Positions 1 through 8,521 of a stretch of DNA of 64,000 nt are shown here, one piece after another. The position numbers were made by a program, and so were the translations under genes. This stretch comes from Bryobacterales bacterium. GTDB taxonomy: Bacteria; Acidobacteriota; Terriglobia; Bryobacterales; UBA6623. Under the pieces are notes generated by a model. It did no database searches. It was not told the DNA's origin and saw only the letters and a program-made list of their open reading frames with translations. Positions within the stretch are counted from its first letter, which is position 1, and each line of letters begins with the position of its first letter. The DNA is taken from assembly GCA_028819235.1 (NCBI GenBank), contig JAPPMC010000080.1:1412-65411 (forward strand), given 5' to 3'.

Positions 1-1
1 T

Positions 2-1324
2 GCGGCCGGCAGCGGGGGCCCCTTGGCCGTCCGCACGCCGCACTTTCCGGCGCGGGCCAAGCGGGTCATCTTCCTGTTCATGCACGGGGGCGTCTCGCAC
101 GTAGACACGTTCGACCCGAAGCCGCTGCTGGAGCGCGACCGCGGCAAGCCGCTGCCCATCAAGCGCGGGCTGACCTTCAATCCGGACCAGGCGGGGGGCC
201 TGATGCCCTCGCCGTGGAATTTCGAGCCGCGCGGCCAAAGCGGGACTCCGGTCAGCGAACTGTTCCCGGAGATCGCCGGCTGCGCCGACGACCTTTGCGT
301 GGTCCGTTCCATGGTCGGGGAAGGCGTCGACCACGGAGCGGCAATGCTGCAGCTGTTCACTGGGACGTTCTCGTTCTCGCGACCGAGCGTCGGGGCATGG
401 ACGCTCTACGGACTGGGCACGGAGAACCAGAACCTGCCCGGTTTCGTGACCATCAAGCCCACGCAGTGGCAGGGCGGCGACAAGCTCTTCTCGGCGAGCT
501 TCCTTCCCGGCGTCTACCAGGGCACTCCAATCGGCTCGTCGCCGATGTCCGTCGACGACATCATCGAGAGTCCCGTGAACCACGTCCTGCCGCGGGGGGA
601 CAGCCCGCGCGGCCAGCGCCTGGAGCTCGAGTTCCTGCGCGAGATGAACCGGCGGCACGCCGAAGACCGCAGGCTGGACCCGCGGCTGGAGGCCCGGATC
701 CAAGCCTTCGAGCTGGCCTTCCGCATGCAGGCCGAGGCTCCTGAAGCCTTCGACATCTCGGGCGAGACCGAGGCTACCCGGAGGCTCTACGGACTCGACG
801 AGGAGGTCACGCGCGACTTCGGATGGCAGTGCCTTCTGGCCCGCAGGCTGAGCGAGCGCGGCGTGCGCATGGTCCAGGCTACCCACTCCGGCGTGGAGGA
901 GAAGTGGGACCACCACGGCGACATCCTGCGCCTGCACCCGATCCGCGCGCGTGAGGTGGACAGGCCGATCGCGGGCCTCATCAGGGACCTTAAGGGCCGC
1001 GGCCTGCTGGAGGAGACGCTGGTGGTGTGGGGCACAGAGTTCGGTCGCACGCCTTTCTCCGAAGGCTCGGACGGGCGCGACCACAACCCCTACGGGTTCT
1101 CGATCTTCATGGCTGGAGGGGGCGTCAAGGCCGGCAGCGTGTACGGGGCCACGGACGAGTTTGGCTACCACGCGGTCGAGGACCGCATGCACATCCACGA
1201 CCTCCACGCGACGGTCCTCCACCTGATGGGCCTGGACCACGAGAAGCTGACCTACCGGCACACCGGCCGGGAGTTCCGCCTGACGGACGTGGCAGGCCGC
1301 GTGGCCCGCAAAGTGCTGGCCTGA
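2..1324 (+). CDS. DUF1501 domain protein (sulfatase-fold family), 5-prime end outside window
   Basis: The frame stays open from nt 2, so the TTG at 23 is only the ORF-caller start. Motifs RVIFLFMHGGVSHVDTFDPKP and GRDHNPYGFS match the DUF1501 family as I know it. Confidence 0.75.
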   Translation, partial: AAGSGGPLAVRTPHFPARAKRVIFLFMHGGVSHVDTFDPKPLLERDRGKPLPIKRGLTFNPDQAGGLMPSPWNFEPRGQSGTPVSELFPEIAGCADDLCVVRSMVGEGVDHGAAMLQLFTGTFSFSRPSVGAWTLYGLGTENQNLPGFVTIKPTQWQGGDKLFSASFLPGVYQGTPIGSSPMSVDDIIESPVNHVLPRGDSPRGQRLELEFLREMNRRHAEDRRLDPRLEARIQAFELAFRMQAEAPEAFDISGETEATRRLYGLDEEVTRDFGWQCLLARRLSERGVRMVQATHSGVEEKWDHHGDILRLHPIRAREVDRPIAGLIRDLKGRGLLEETLVVWGTEFGRTPFSEGSDGRDHNPYGFSIFMAGGGVKAGSVYGATDEFGYHAVEDRMHIHDLHATVLHLMGLDHEKLTYRHTGREFRLTDVAGRVARKVLA

Positions 1325-1333
1325 CCCGCCCCC

Positions 1334-3043
1334 TCAGCGCTGCTCCCGGATCTCGGCCAGGGCGAAGGCGCGTATGCGCCGCTTGTCGAACTTCCCGGTC
1401 GCGATGCGCGGCAGCGGCGCCGGCCAGACCAAGATGTGAGCAGGTACCTCGAATCGCGCGACGCTTTCCCCGAGCGCGTCCCGCAAGGACCGCTCGGAGA
1501 CGTCGGCTCCCGGCCGTGCCACGACCACCGCCGCCAGTTGCTCCCCCAAGCGGTCGTCGGGGATGCCAAGAGCCACGGCCTCGGCCACACCCTGGCAGCG
1601 GTGCAGGGCGTCCTCGACCCGCAGGCAGCTGATGTTCTCGCCGCCCCTGATGACGATGTCCTTGATCCTGTCCACAAAATGGACGAACCCTTCGTCGTCC
1701 CGGAAGGCCAAATCGCCCGTCCGGAACCAGCCGTCCCGGAACGCCCTGCGATTGGCGCCGGGCTTGTTCCAGTACCTCCGCACGACCGGCGTTCCGCGCA
1801 CCCAGACCTCGCCCGTTTCACCGCGAGGAAGCTCTGCGCCGTCCTCGGGACGGGCGATGCGCAAGTCCATCAGCACGGAGCGGCGACCGCTGCTGGTCGG
1901 CACGCGCAAGTAGTCCGATCCGGCGATCTGCGTTCCGATCGCATTCGTCTCGGTCATGCCCCAGCCCGTGCTGGGCAGGGCGTTGCGAAATGTCTCGGCG
2001 ATCGCAGCCACCTGGCTCACAGGCCGGTGGGAGCCTCCCCCGCCGACGTACAGCAGGCTCGGCAGGTCCCGGCCCAGTCTGGCCGCCTCCCGGACCAGAT
2101 CCCCGGTCACCGTGGGAACGGAAATGAAGTGCGTGATGCGCTCGCGGTCGATCAGGTCGACAGCATGGCTGGGGTCCCACTTGCGCATCAGGGTGAGGCG
2201 GCGACCGTAGCGAAGACCCGTGAGCATGCAGACGTGGCAGGCCGTCACGTGGAAGAAAGGGATCGTCACCAGCATGCGCTGTTGCGCATCGAACGGCTCG
2301 TTGACCACGGGCAGGCCCTGAAGGGCGGCTTGTGCGCGGTTCTCGATTTCCCACGCCATCAGGGCGTGCACAACGCTCCGGTGCGTCGAGACGGCTCCCT
2401 TGGGGCCGCCGGTCGATCCGGACGTGTACAGCATCATGCAGTTGTCGTCCGGCCCCACGGGCGGGTGCGGCAGCGGGCCAGAACACGACGCGGCCAAGGC
2501 GTCGCCCCACGGCACGACACGCCCGGAGCGGAGTTCCGGGCAGCGCACGCCGATCGCCCGCACACCGAGGCCGGCCAGGTCGTCCTCGACACGGGCAAGC
2601 CGATCGCGGTCCGCGATCAGGACGGAAGCGCCGCAATCCTGCAGGCCGTCGGCGATCTCGCCGGCGCTCCACCAGCCGTTCAGCGAGACCGAGATCGCGC
2701 CCAGTGCCATCGGGGCGAAGAGGGCCGCCGGCCATTCGGGCAGGTTTCGCATGCACACGGCAACGCGGTCGCCGCGGCGCACTCCGAGTCTCGCCAGAGC
2801 GCGCGCCAGCCTAGATGTCTGGTCGAGGACGTCGCCGAAGGTGTACGCCTCGCCCCGGTACCGAATGTACTCCAGCCCCGCAAAGCTCTCGGTGGCGGCA
2901 AGGACGTCCACCAGCGTGGACGGAGCGCCACGGACGACCCGGTCGACTCCTCCCCCCGGCAGCGGGAGCTCACGGAGCTCATGAGAGCCCCCCGCGCACG
3001 TGAGGCGGTCAAGCTGCCGCACTCGGGCGAACTCGCTCGTCAC
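1334..3043 (-). CDS. AMP-dependent acyl-CoA synthetase/ligase
   Basis: 569 aa. AMP-binding signature LYTSGSTGGPKGAV, plus GWFRTGDL and a C-terminal PRIATGKFDKR lysine motif. Confidence 0.85.
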   Translation of the reverse strand: MTSEFARVRQLDRLTCAGGSHELRELPLPGGGVDRVVRGAPSTLVDVLAATESFAGLEYIRYRGEAYTFGDVLDQTSRLARALARLGVRRGDRVAVCMRNLPEWPAALFAPMALGAISVSLNGWWSAGEIADGLQDCGASVLIADRDRLARVEDDLAGLGVRAIGVRCPELRSGRVVPWGDALAASCSGPLPHPPVGPDDNCMMLYTSGSTGGPKGAVSTHRSVVHALMAWEIENRAQAALQGLPVVNEPFDAQQRMLVTIPFFHVTACHVCMLTGLRYGRRLTLMRKWDPSHAVDLIDRERITHFISVPTVTGDLVREAARLGRDLPSLLYVGGGGSHRPVSQVAAIAETFRNALPSTGWGMTETNAIGTQIAGSDYLRVPTSSGRRSVLMDLRIARPEDGAELPRGETGEVWVRGTPVVRRYWNKPGANRRAFRDGWFRTGDLAFRDDEGFVHFVDRIKDIVIRGGENISCLRVEDALHRCQGVAEAVALGIPDDRLGEQLAAVVVARPGADVSERSLRDALGESVARFEVPAHILVWPAPLPRIATGKFDKRRIRAFALAEIREQR

Positions 3044-3103
3044 GGTACGCCAGCCTTCCCTGCGCAGGGGGTCGCATCGCCGCCCGGGTCCGGCGCGGCG
3101 CCC

Positions 3104-3964
3104 TCAAGCGGTGGCCGGCTCGTCCTCGACAACGTTCGACAGCGTCCCTATGCGTGAGATCTCGATTTCGATACGGTCCCCCGGCTTGAGGAATACGGGA
3201 GGGTTGCGCGCCTTGCCGACCCCTCCCGTCGTGCCGGTGGAGATGACATCCCCCGGCCGCAGCGGGAAGATCCCCGAAATGTACTCGATGAGAGCGGGCA
3301 CGTCAAAGAGCAGGTCCCTTGTCGGCGCCATCTGCATGACCTCCCCGTTCAGCCGGGTCTGCAGCCGCAGCTCGCCCGGATCCGGAATCTCGTCACACGT
3401 CACTAGCCAAGGCCCGAAGGCCCCAGAACGCCAGAAGTTCTTGCCGGCAGTGAACTGCGAGGTGTGCGCCTGATAGTCCCGGATCGATCCGTCGTTGTAG
3501 CAGCTGTAGCCTGCCACGTGGCCTAAGGCCGCATCCCTTTGGACGTGGCGTCCCCGGCGGCCGATCACGACCGCAAGCTCCCCTTCGAAGTCATGCTGGC
3601 GCGAGAGCCTAGGACGCACGATCGCCTCCCCATGGCCCACATGCGAGTCCGGAAAGCGCGTGAACAGAGTCGGATAGGCCGGCAGCTGGCGGCCTGTCTC
3701 CTCAATGTGGGACCGATAGTTCAGGCCGACGCACAGGATCCGCCCAGGGCTCGGCACGGGAGGCTGCAGAACGACGTCCGCGAACGAGTGGTCGGGTCCG
3801 AGCCCGGTCGCCAGCTCCCGCAGCCTGTCCAGCGCTCCATGGCGCAGCACGGACAGCAGGTCTGGCCAGAGGCGGCCATGGCGAGCTCCAAGGTCGACAA
3901 TCCCGCCGCCGGCCAGGGCGCCGTAGCTGCGGGACTCGCCTAGCCGGAAACTGGCCAGCTTCAC
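3104..3964 (-). CDS. Fumarylacetoacetate hydrolase (FAH) family protein
   Basis: 286 aa. Motifs GLNYRSHIEE, FEGELAVVIG and PGDVISTGTTGGVG are typical of FAH / 2-keto-4-pentenoate hydratase-like enzymes. Confidence 0.8.
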   Translation of the reverse strand: MKLASFRLGESRSYGALAGGGIVDLGARHGRLWPDLLSVLRHGALDRLRELATGLGPDHSFADVVLQPPVPSPGRILCVGLNYRSHIEETGRQLPAYPTLFTRFPDSHVGHGEAIVRPRLSRQHDFEGELAVVIGRRGRHVQRDAALGHVAGYSCYNDGSIRDYQAHTSQFTAGKNFWRSGAFGPWLVTCDEIPDPGELRLQTRLNGEVMQMAPTRDLLFDVPALIEYISGIFPLRPGDVISTGTTGGVGKARNPPVFLKPGDRIEIEISRIGTLSNVVEDEPATA

Positions 3965-4011
3965 CGCTCGCAGCCCGCCCGCCGCGCCGCTCAGCGCTTC
4001 CCGGCCCCGGC

Positions 4012-5412
4012 TCAGTCTTCTTCGGGGTAGAGGACGAACTCCGGATAGGCCTCGATGCCCAGCTCCCCGACATCCTGACCGTGGGCCTCGACGCCCGCGG
4101 AGACGCGTGCGCCCATCGTGTGCTTGAGCCCGAGCCAGAACAGCATCGAGAGGCCGAACGCATACGCGCCAATCGCCAGAATCCCGACGAGCTGCACGAC
4201 AAAATCGCCGCCGGCCGCAATGCAGACGGCGAGCGTGCCCCAGATGCCGCAGATCAAGTGGGCCGGGACGGCCCCCACAACATCGTCAACCTTGATCTGC
4301 TCGAGGAACTTGATCCCGGCCACGCAAACCACGCCGCCGATGGCTCCGATGACAACTGCCCAGTGGTGTTCCGTGATGTCCGGGGCGGCGGTAATCGACA
4401 CCAGCCCGGCGATCGTCCCGTTCAGTCCGGCCATCAGGTCGACCCTACCCAGGATCGGCCGCGAGACGAGGATGGCGGTGAGCACTCCGGCGGCCGCCGC
4501 GAGGTTGGTGTTCGCGAAGATGTTGCTGACGGCGACGGCGTCGACCGCGCCGCCAAGGGCCAGCTGGGACCCGCCGTTGAAGCCAAACCAGCCCAGCCAC
4601 AGGATGAACACGCCGAGCGTGACGGCGGGCACGTTCGACGGCGGCGTAGCCTTGACGCTCCCGTCGGTCCGGAACTTGCCCTTGCGCGGCCCTACGACGA
4701 GCGCGCCCGCAAGGGCAGCCCAGCCTCCCGTGCTGTGGACGATGGTCGATCCGGCGAAGTCCATGAAGCCCATTTCGGCGAGCCAGCCGCCGCCCCACGT
4801 CCAGGCACCGATGACCGGGTAGATGAAGGCCGTCATGACCGCCACGAAGACGAAGAACGACCAGAGCTTGACCCGCTCGGCCAATGTGCCCGACACGATC
4901 GAGGCGGTCGTGGCAACGAAGACCATCTGGAAGAACCACATGGACATCTGCGCCGCACCGGTCCCGAGGACGGCCTCCGCCGCCCCCTCCTGGCCGCCCA
5001 AGAGGCCGACCTCGTCCGACGTCGTGCCAAAAAGCAGGCTGAACTGCCCGATCCAGCCGCCCTCTTCGACGCCGGTGTACATCAGGTTGTACCCGATCAG
5101 GTAGAACGTCAGTCCCGCGATTGAGTACAGGCCGATATTCTTCAGGCAGATCATCGAGGCGTTCTTCGTTCGCACGGACCCGGCCTCCAGCATCGTGAAC
5201 CCGGCCGCCATCCACATCACCAAAGCGCCCCAGACCAAGAAGGCGAACGTGTTCAGCACGAACTGGGACTCGCCGTCGACGGCTGCGCGGGCCTCGACAG
5301 GTGCGGCTGCCAGCGCCACGAGCAGCGCGACGGCGACTCCAGCCGCGCGCGCCAGCCGGCGCATCGAGCCCAGCGCCAGCATGAGCAGTGGACAAGTGGT
5401 TCTTTCGTTCAT
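4012..5412 (-). CDS. amt: Ammonium transporter (Amt family)
   Basis: Polytopic membrane protein with Amt signatures (AGFTMLEAG, DFAGSTIVHSTGG, FGFNGGS, HLICGIWG). I moved the start to ATG 5412, which has AGGAGG 6 nt upstream. No glnK/glnB is adjacent. Confidence 0.9.
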   Translation of the reverse strand: MNERTTCPLLMLALGSMRRLARAAGVAVALLVALAAAPVEARAAVDGESQFVLNTFAFLVWGALVMWMAAGFTMLEAGSVRTKNASMICLKNIGLYSIAGLTFYLIGYNLMYTGVEEGGWIGQFSLLFGTTSDEVGLLGGQEGAAEAVLGTGAAQMSMWFFQMVFVATTASIVSGTLAERVKLWSFFVFVAVMTAFIYPVIGAWTWGGGWLAEMGFMDFAGSTIVHSTGGWAALAGALVVGPRKGKFRTDGSVKATPPSNVPAVTLGVFILWLGWFGFNGGSQLALGGAVDAVAVSNIFANTNLAAAAGVLTAILVSRPILGRVDLMAGLNGTIAGLVSITAAPDITEHHWAVVIGAIGGVVCVAGIKFLEQIKVDDVVGAVPAHLICGIWGTLAVCIAAGGDFVVQLVGILAIGAYAFGLSMLFWLGLKHTMGARVSAGVEAHGQDVGELGIEAYPEFVLYPEED

Positions 5413-5734
5413 CGCGGTCCTCCTGATTTCTTCCGGTCCCGCCGTGCCCGCCACTGCGGCGACGGGAAGAACACGACCGCCTAGACTTTAGCAATCATCG
5501 CCGCCGCGAGCCGGGAGCAGTTCCCCCGCACTGCCAACAGCGCCCCGGGGATGGCGGCCCCGCCGCACGGCAGCCCGGGCCCGGCAGTGTTAGCATCCTA
5601 TAAGCAGCGAGCCGGAAGATGCGCGCCCGCAGAGACCTTGCACGAACCCGGGTCGGCCAGCCTGCCCTCCCGAAGGGAGCACGCCCGCCCGGCAGTTCTG
5701 CGCCCATCAGCCAATCCTTCGCCTTGAGGTAGCC

Positions 5735-6919
5735 TTGGTCAGACGATCAGTCACTTTGTCCGCCAAACCCCACCGAATACTGGTGGTCGACGACGAACCG
5801 GACCTGGAGCGCCTCGTTCGCCAGCGCATGCGCCGCGACGTCCGCTCCGGCCGGTACGTGCTGGACTTCGCCCGAAACGGAATCGAGGCCCTAGAGAAGC
5901 TCAAGAGAGAGGACGCCTTCGACATGGTCCTCTCGGACATCAACATGCCGCTCATGGACGGGCTGACCCTGCTGCAGCAGATCCCGAACGTCAGCCCGGA
6001 CGTGCGAGCCGTCATCGTGTCTGCCTACGGCGACATGCGCAACATCCGCATCGCGATGAACCGCGGCGCGTTCGACTTCATCACGAAGCCGATCGATTTC
6101 AAAGACCTGCGCGTCACAATTGCGCGAACGCTGAAGAACTTGGAGGAATGGCGAGCGGCACTCAGGTCCCGGGACCGCCTGGTCGTGCTGGAGAACGAGC
6201 TGGAGGTGGCGCGCAGGATGCAGAAATCGATATTGCCCACCGAGTACCCAGATCACCCGGGGTTGGGAATCTACGCCAATATGCAGCCGGCCCGGGCAAT
6301 CGGCGGAGACTTCTACGACGTGGCCAACCTTGGTGTCGGCCGGTTCGGCGTCGCAATCGCCGATGTTTCCGGCAAGGGGATTCCAGCGGCCCTGTTCATG
6401 ATGTCCAGCCGTACCCTCCTGAAGGGAGCGGCCGTCGGCGGATCCACCTCGTCCGAAGTGCTTCAGGAGACGAATCGGGTCCTGAGCCGGGACAATGCGT
6501 CCATGATGTTCGTGACTCTCCTCTACGCGGTGTGCGACGGGGCCACTGGCGAGGTCAGCTATGCCTCCGGCGGACACGAACCGCCGCTGCTGGTGGATGC
6601 CGACGGCGGGTGCAACTTCCTCCCCCTGACGGACGGTCTCGCCCTGGGTGTGATGGAAGATTTCGACTACTCGGCGAGCCGCGCGAAGCTCGAGCCCGGC
6701 GACACCATGCTGCTGTACACCGACGGCGTCACGGACGCGCAGAACCAGGCGGGCGAGCACTTCGGCGCGGAACGTCTGTGGGACCTCTTCAACAATGCGC
6801 CGCCCGCCGATGAGCAGGAAGCGGTCGATCGAGTCTTCGACGCGGTCCGGACGTTCTCGACGAATGCGGAGCAGTTCGACGACATCACGTGCGTCGCTGT
6901 CAACCGGAGGGCCTGCTGA
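5735..6919 (+). CDS. Response-regulator receiver fused to PP2C/SpoIIE-type serine phosphatase (RsbU-like)
   Basis: 394 aa. REC motifs ILVVDDEPD and MVLSDINMPLMDG. PP2C motifs GGDFYDV, DVSGKGIPAALFM and LLYTDGVTDA. The exact start (TTG 5735) is uncertain. Confidence 0.85.
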   Translation: MVRRSVTLSAKPHRILVVDDEPDLERLVRQRMRRDVRSGRYVLDFARNGIEALEKLKREDAFDMVLSDINMPLMDGLTLLQQIPNVSPDVRAVIVSAYGDMRNIRIAMNRGAFDFITKPIDFKDLRVTIARTLKNLEEWRAALRSRDRLVVLENELEVARRMQKSILPTEYPDHPGLGIYANMQPARAIGGDFYDVANLGVGRFGVAIADVSGKGIPAALFMMSSRTLLKGAAVGGSTSSEVLQETNRVLSRDNASMMFVTLLYAVCDGATGEVSYASGGHEPPLLVDADGGCNFLPLTDGLALGVMEDFDYSASRAKLEPGDTMLLYTDGVTDAQNQAGEHFGAERLWDLFNNAPPADEQEAVDRVFDAVRTFSTNAEQFDDITCVAVNRRAC

Positions 6920-6921
6920 CC

Positions 6922-7338
6922 GTGGCCTCTACCATCAAGCTGACGCTGCCTACGCGGATCTCCGCGCTGCAACAGATGGAGGAGGCGGTGGAAGCCTTCG
7001 GCGAGCAAGCGGACTGGCCCCCTCGGCTGGCGTTCCAGATGCAGCTTGTCCTCGAAGAGCTGGCATCCAACGTCATACGCCACGGCTTCGGCGAAGAGGG
7101 GCACGAATTCGAGATCTCGGTCTCATCGGACCCGGACACGGTCACCATCGAAGTCGTCGATGCCGCGCCAGCGTACAACCCGATCACAGACACCCCGGAA
7201 CCAGACTTGGACGCGAGTCTGGAAGACCGCCAGATCGGCGGACTTGGGGTCTTCCTAGTGCGCGACGTGGCAGATGAGATGAGCTATCGCCGGGAGGACG
7301 GCAAGAACCGCCTGGTCATCGTCAAGCGGAGGGATTGA
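6922..7338 (+). CDS. Anti-sigma-factor-type serine kinase (RsbW/SpoIIAB-like HATPase)
   Basis: LVLEELASNVIRHGF and IGGLGVFLVRDVADEMSY match the HATPase_c_2 fold. I chose the in-frame GTG at 6922, 3 nt after the upstream stop, over the overlapping ORF start at 6889. Confidence 0.7.
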   Translation: MASTIKLTLPTRISALQQMEEAVEAFGEQADWPPRLAFQMQLVLEELASNVIRHGFGEEGHEFEISVSSDPDTVTIEVVDAAPAYNPITDTPEPDLDASLEDRQIGGLGVFLVRDVADEMSYRREDGKNRLVIVKRRD

Positions 7339-8513
7339 TGCGGCGCTGCTGGCTCGCGGCGCTGGTGTGGGCGCTGGCCTTGGGGCCTGCGGGCGGGGGC
7401 ATCGCCCGTGCGCAGGACGACGGCGTCACCGAGGACTCCATCCTCTTCGGACAGTCGGCGGCCTTCAGCGGGCCCACGGGACTGCTGGGAACGGACTACC
7501 GCGCAGGTGTGCTCGCCGCCTTTGCCGAAGCCAACGCTCGCGGGGGCGTCCACGGGCGACGGCTTGATCTGCTCTCGCTGGACGACGGCTACGAGCCCGA
7601 AGAGGCGATCAACAACACCCACAGGCTGCTCGACGAGGAGCGCGTCTTTGCCCTGATCGCCTACGTCGGCTCGCCGACTGCGCGCGCCACCGTCCCCATC
7701 GCGGCCGCCCAGGACGTGCCCTTCGTCGCCCCGCTCACCGGGGCGGCGTTCCTGCGCGACGAGCTATGGACGAACGTCGTCAACCTGAGGGCCTCGTATG
7801 CCCAGGAAATGGCCGAGATCGTGGAGAGGCTAGTCCTGGACTTGGGCATTGTGCGGATCGGAGTGCTCTACCAAGACGATTCGTTCGGCCTGGCGGGCCT
7901 GACGGGAGTGGAGGACGCGCTCGCCAAGAGAGGACTGACGACGGTCGCGCGCACCGTGTACCCACGCAACACCTTGGCGGTCAAGACGGGCATCTTGGAG
8001 CTGCGTGAGGCCGATCCCCAGGCCGTCCTGCTGATCGGCGCCTACAGTCCAGTCGCGACGGCAGTCGCCTGGTCACGCCACCTAGGCATGGATCCCGTGT
8101 TCGCTACCACGTCCTTCGTCGGAGGGAACGCCCTTATCGACCGGCTGCGCAGCTTCGGGCAGTTTGGGCTCTACGTCACCCAAGTCATTCCTTCGCCAAC
8201 GTCCGACTCGCTCGCAGCGCGGCAGTTCCGGCGGGCGATGGCGGCCCACTCATCCGGAGTAAAGCCGGGGTTCGTGTCCTTCGAGGGCTATCTGGCGGGC
8301 CGGCTCGCAATTGAGGGCCTGGAACGCTCCGGGCAGGCGGTTGACCGCGTGGTGTTCCTTGAGAACCTGCTGGACGGCGAGCCATTCAACCTGGGAGGGG
8401 TCCGGCTGAGATTCTCTGAGCGCCGCAACCAAGGCTCTGACCGCGTGTATGTCAACCTGATCGCCGAGAATGGGCAGATACGCACGGTCCAGACCCTGGC
8501 GGAGGATCCCTAG
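7335..8513 (+). CDS. Periplasmic substrate-binding protein, LivK/branched-chain-amino-acid-binding type
   Basis: 392 aa with a signal peptide. ILFGQSAAFSGPTGLLG...YRAG...VHGRRLDL...DDGYEP is typical of Peripla_BP_6 proteins. The start overlaps the upstream stop (TTGATG / TGA). Confidence 0.75.
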   Translation: MMRRCWLAALVWALALGPAGGGIARAQDDGVTEDSILFGQSAAFSGPTGLLGTDYRAGVLAAFAEANARGGVHGRRLDLLSLDDGYEPEEAINNTHRLLDEERVFALIAYVGSPTARATVPIAAAQDVPFVAPLTGAAFLRDELWTNVVNLRASYAQEMAEIVERLVLDLGIVRIGVLYQDDSFGLAGLTGVEDALAKRGLTTVARTVYPRNTLAVKTGILELREADPQAVLLIGAYSPVATAVAWSRHLGMDPVFATTSFVGGNALIDRLRSFGQFGLYVTQVIPSPTSDSLAARQFRRAMAAHSSGVKPGFVSFEGYLAGRLAIEGLERSGQAVDRVVFLENLLDGEPFNLGGVRLRFSERRNQGSDRVYVNLIAENGQIRTVQTLAEDP

Positions 8514-8521
8514 GCCGACCG

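Noticed and set aside
1436-3157. 573-aa plus-strand ORF antisense to the acyl-CoA ligase gene
   Set aside because: Arg/Pro/Ala/Gly-rich low-complexity translation, typical of shadow ORFs in GC-rich DNA. It fully overlaps a gene with clear family motifs on the other strand.
5583-5596. GGCAG-N4-AGCAT, a sigma-54-like -24/-12 element in the amt / REC-PP2C intergenic region
   Set aside because: The spacing between GG and GC is 8 nt rather than 10, and the flanking bases do not fit TGGCAC-N5-TTGCW. I could not find a convincing NtrC-type promoter for amt on the minus strand by eye.
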